A stretch of DNA of 61,731 bases, the filler included, from Candidatus Babelota bacterium (GTDB lineage Bacteria; JAGOBX01): the NCBI GenBank assembly GCA_017999075.1. It is 9 parts of 9 records of this genome, joined end to end, with 100 filler letters (N's around TTAATTAATTAA, not from the genome) between each part and the next. Parts side by side here need not be neighbours in the genome. Positions count along the whole stretch, not along the records: positions 57,021 to 61,731 come from JAGOBX010000329.1; 8 more parts are not named here. One strand, given 5' to 3'. A program made the translations under genes and the position numbers. The first letter of the stretch is position 1, and every line of letters begins with the position of its first letter. Shown one piece after another: positions 61,526-61,731 of the stretch. A model generated the notes under the pieces. It searched no databases. It was not told the origin of the DNA and saw only the letters and a program-made list of their open reading frames with translations.

Positions 61526-61731
61526 TTACAAAATCAATTTTTTAAGATTTTGAATTATCTCGTCATAATTTTCATATAATTTTTTTAATAATTTTAATGT
61601 ATTGCTTTTATTTTCTAAATCCAATTCTCTTAGTTTTATTTCGTCGATATAAGTTGCCCATCTGATAATTTCTGATATCCTTAACCCCAGATATAACTTA
61701 TTAAAAATATTTATAGAAGAAATAATGAAAT
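61526..61731 (-). CDS. Probable C-terminal fragment of an unidentified protein
   Basis: Stop-free frame of ~68 codons from the window edge ending ...YENYDEIIQNLKKLIL*; family not recognised. Confidence 0.4.
   Translation of the reverse strand, partial: FIISSINIFNKLYLGLRISEIIRWATYIDEIKLRELDLENKSNTLKLLKKLYENYDEIIQNLKKLIL

Noticed and set aside
61502..61566. Long hairpin (ATGACGA...TCGTCAT) as a structured RNA
   Set aside because: Imperfect, AT-rich, abuts a gap and overlaps a probable CDS end; not distinguishable from chance or a terminator.
1..61731. CRISPR array, tRNA, rRNA or prophage
   Set aside because: No spaced direct repeats, cloverleafs, rRNA-like segments or phage hallmark genes seen by eye.

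Overview
This is not one continuous locus. It is nine short, very AT-rich assembly contigs joined by 100-bp artificial linkers (N-run, TTAATTAATTAA, N-run), plus one plain 41-N gap, so gene neighbourhoods across linkers mean nothing. The source looks like a diderm bacterium (outer-membrane barrels, TonB receptor, PorV-like protein), probably a low-coverage MAG. Most of the ~4.7-kb contigs carry housekeeping or envelope genes: nitroreductase, rsfS, uvrB end, split metH, pnp-like, valS end, nfo, ruvB, M18 peptidase, queA, the radical-SAM/DUF4130 pair, transketolase, a P1B-ATPase, a MacB-like permease and two pilin-like genes. One 23-kb contig carries a TonB/ABC uptake fragment, an internally deleted IS1380-family remnant missed by the ORF track, and an 18-kb chemosensory/two-component cluster. 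That cluster is the best candidate for an undescribed system: CZB-sensor MCP, CheR fused to two STAS-like domains, P2-less CheA-REC, PhnD-like binding protein plus kinase, multi-PAS hybrid kinase, sigma54 activator, and a second MCP with symmetric 21-residue arm extensions and a divergent tip. Other notable items are a KH/S1-less PNPase, a beta-barrel/zinc-ribbon/TPR envelope operon with a degenerate lytic transglycosylase, a D-[S/T]-rich giant surface protein, and an unannotated Cys-rich peptide. Three in-frame TAA stops and a cluster of apparent G-to-A changes are most likely sequencing errors. No rRNA, tRNA or CRISPR array was seen. All family calls are by eye from motifs; no database search was run.
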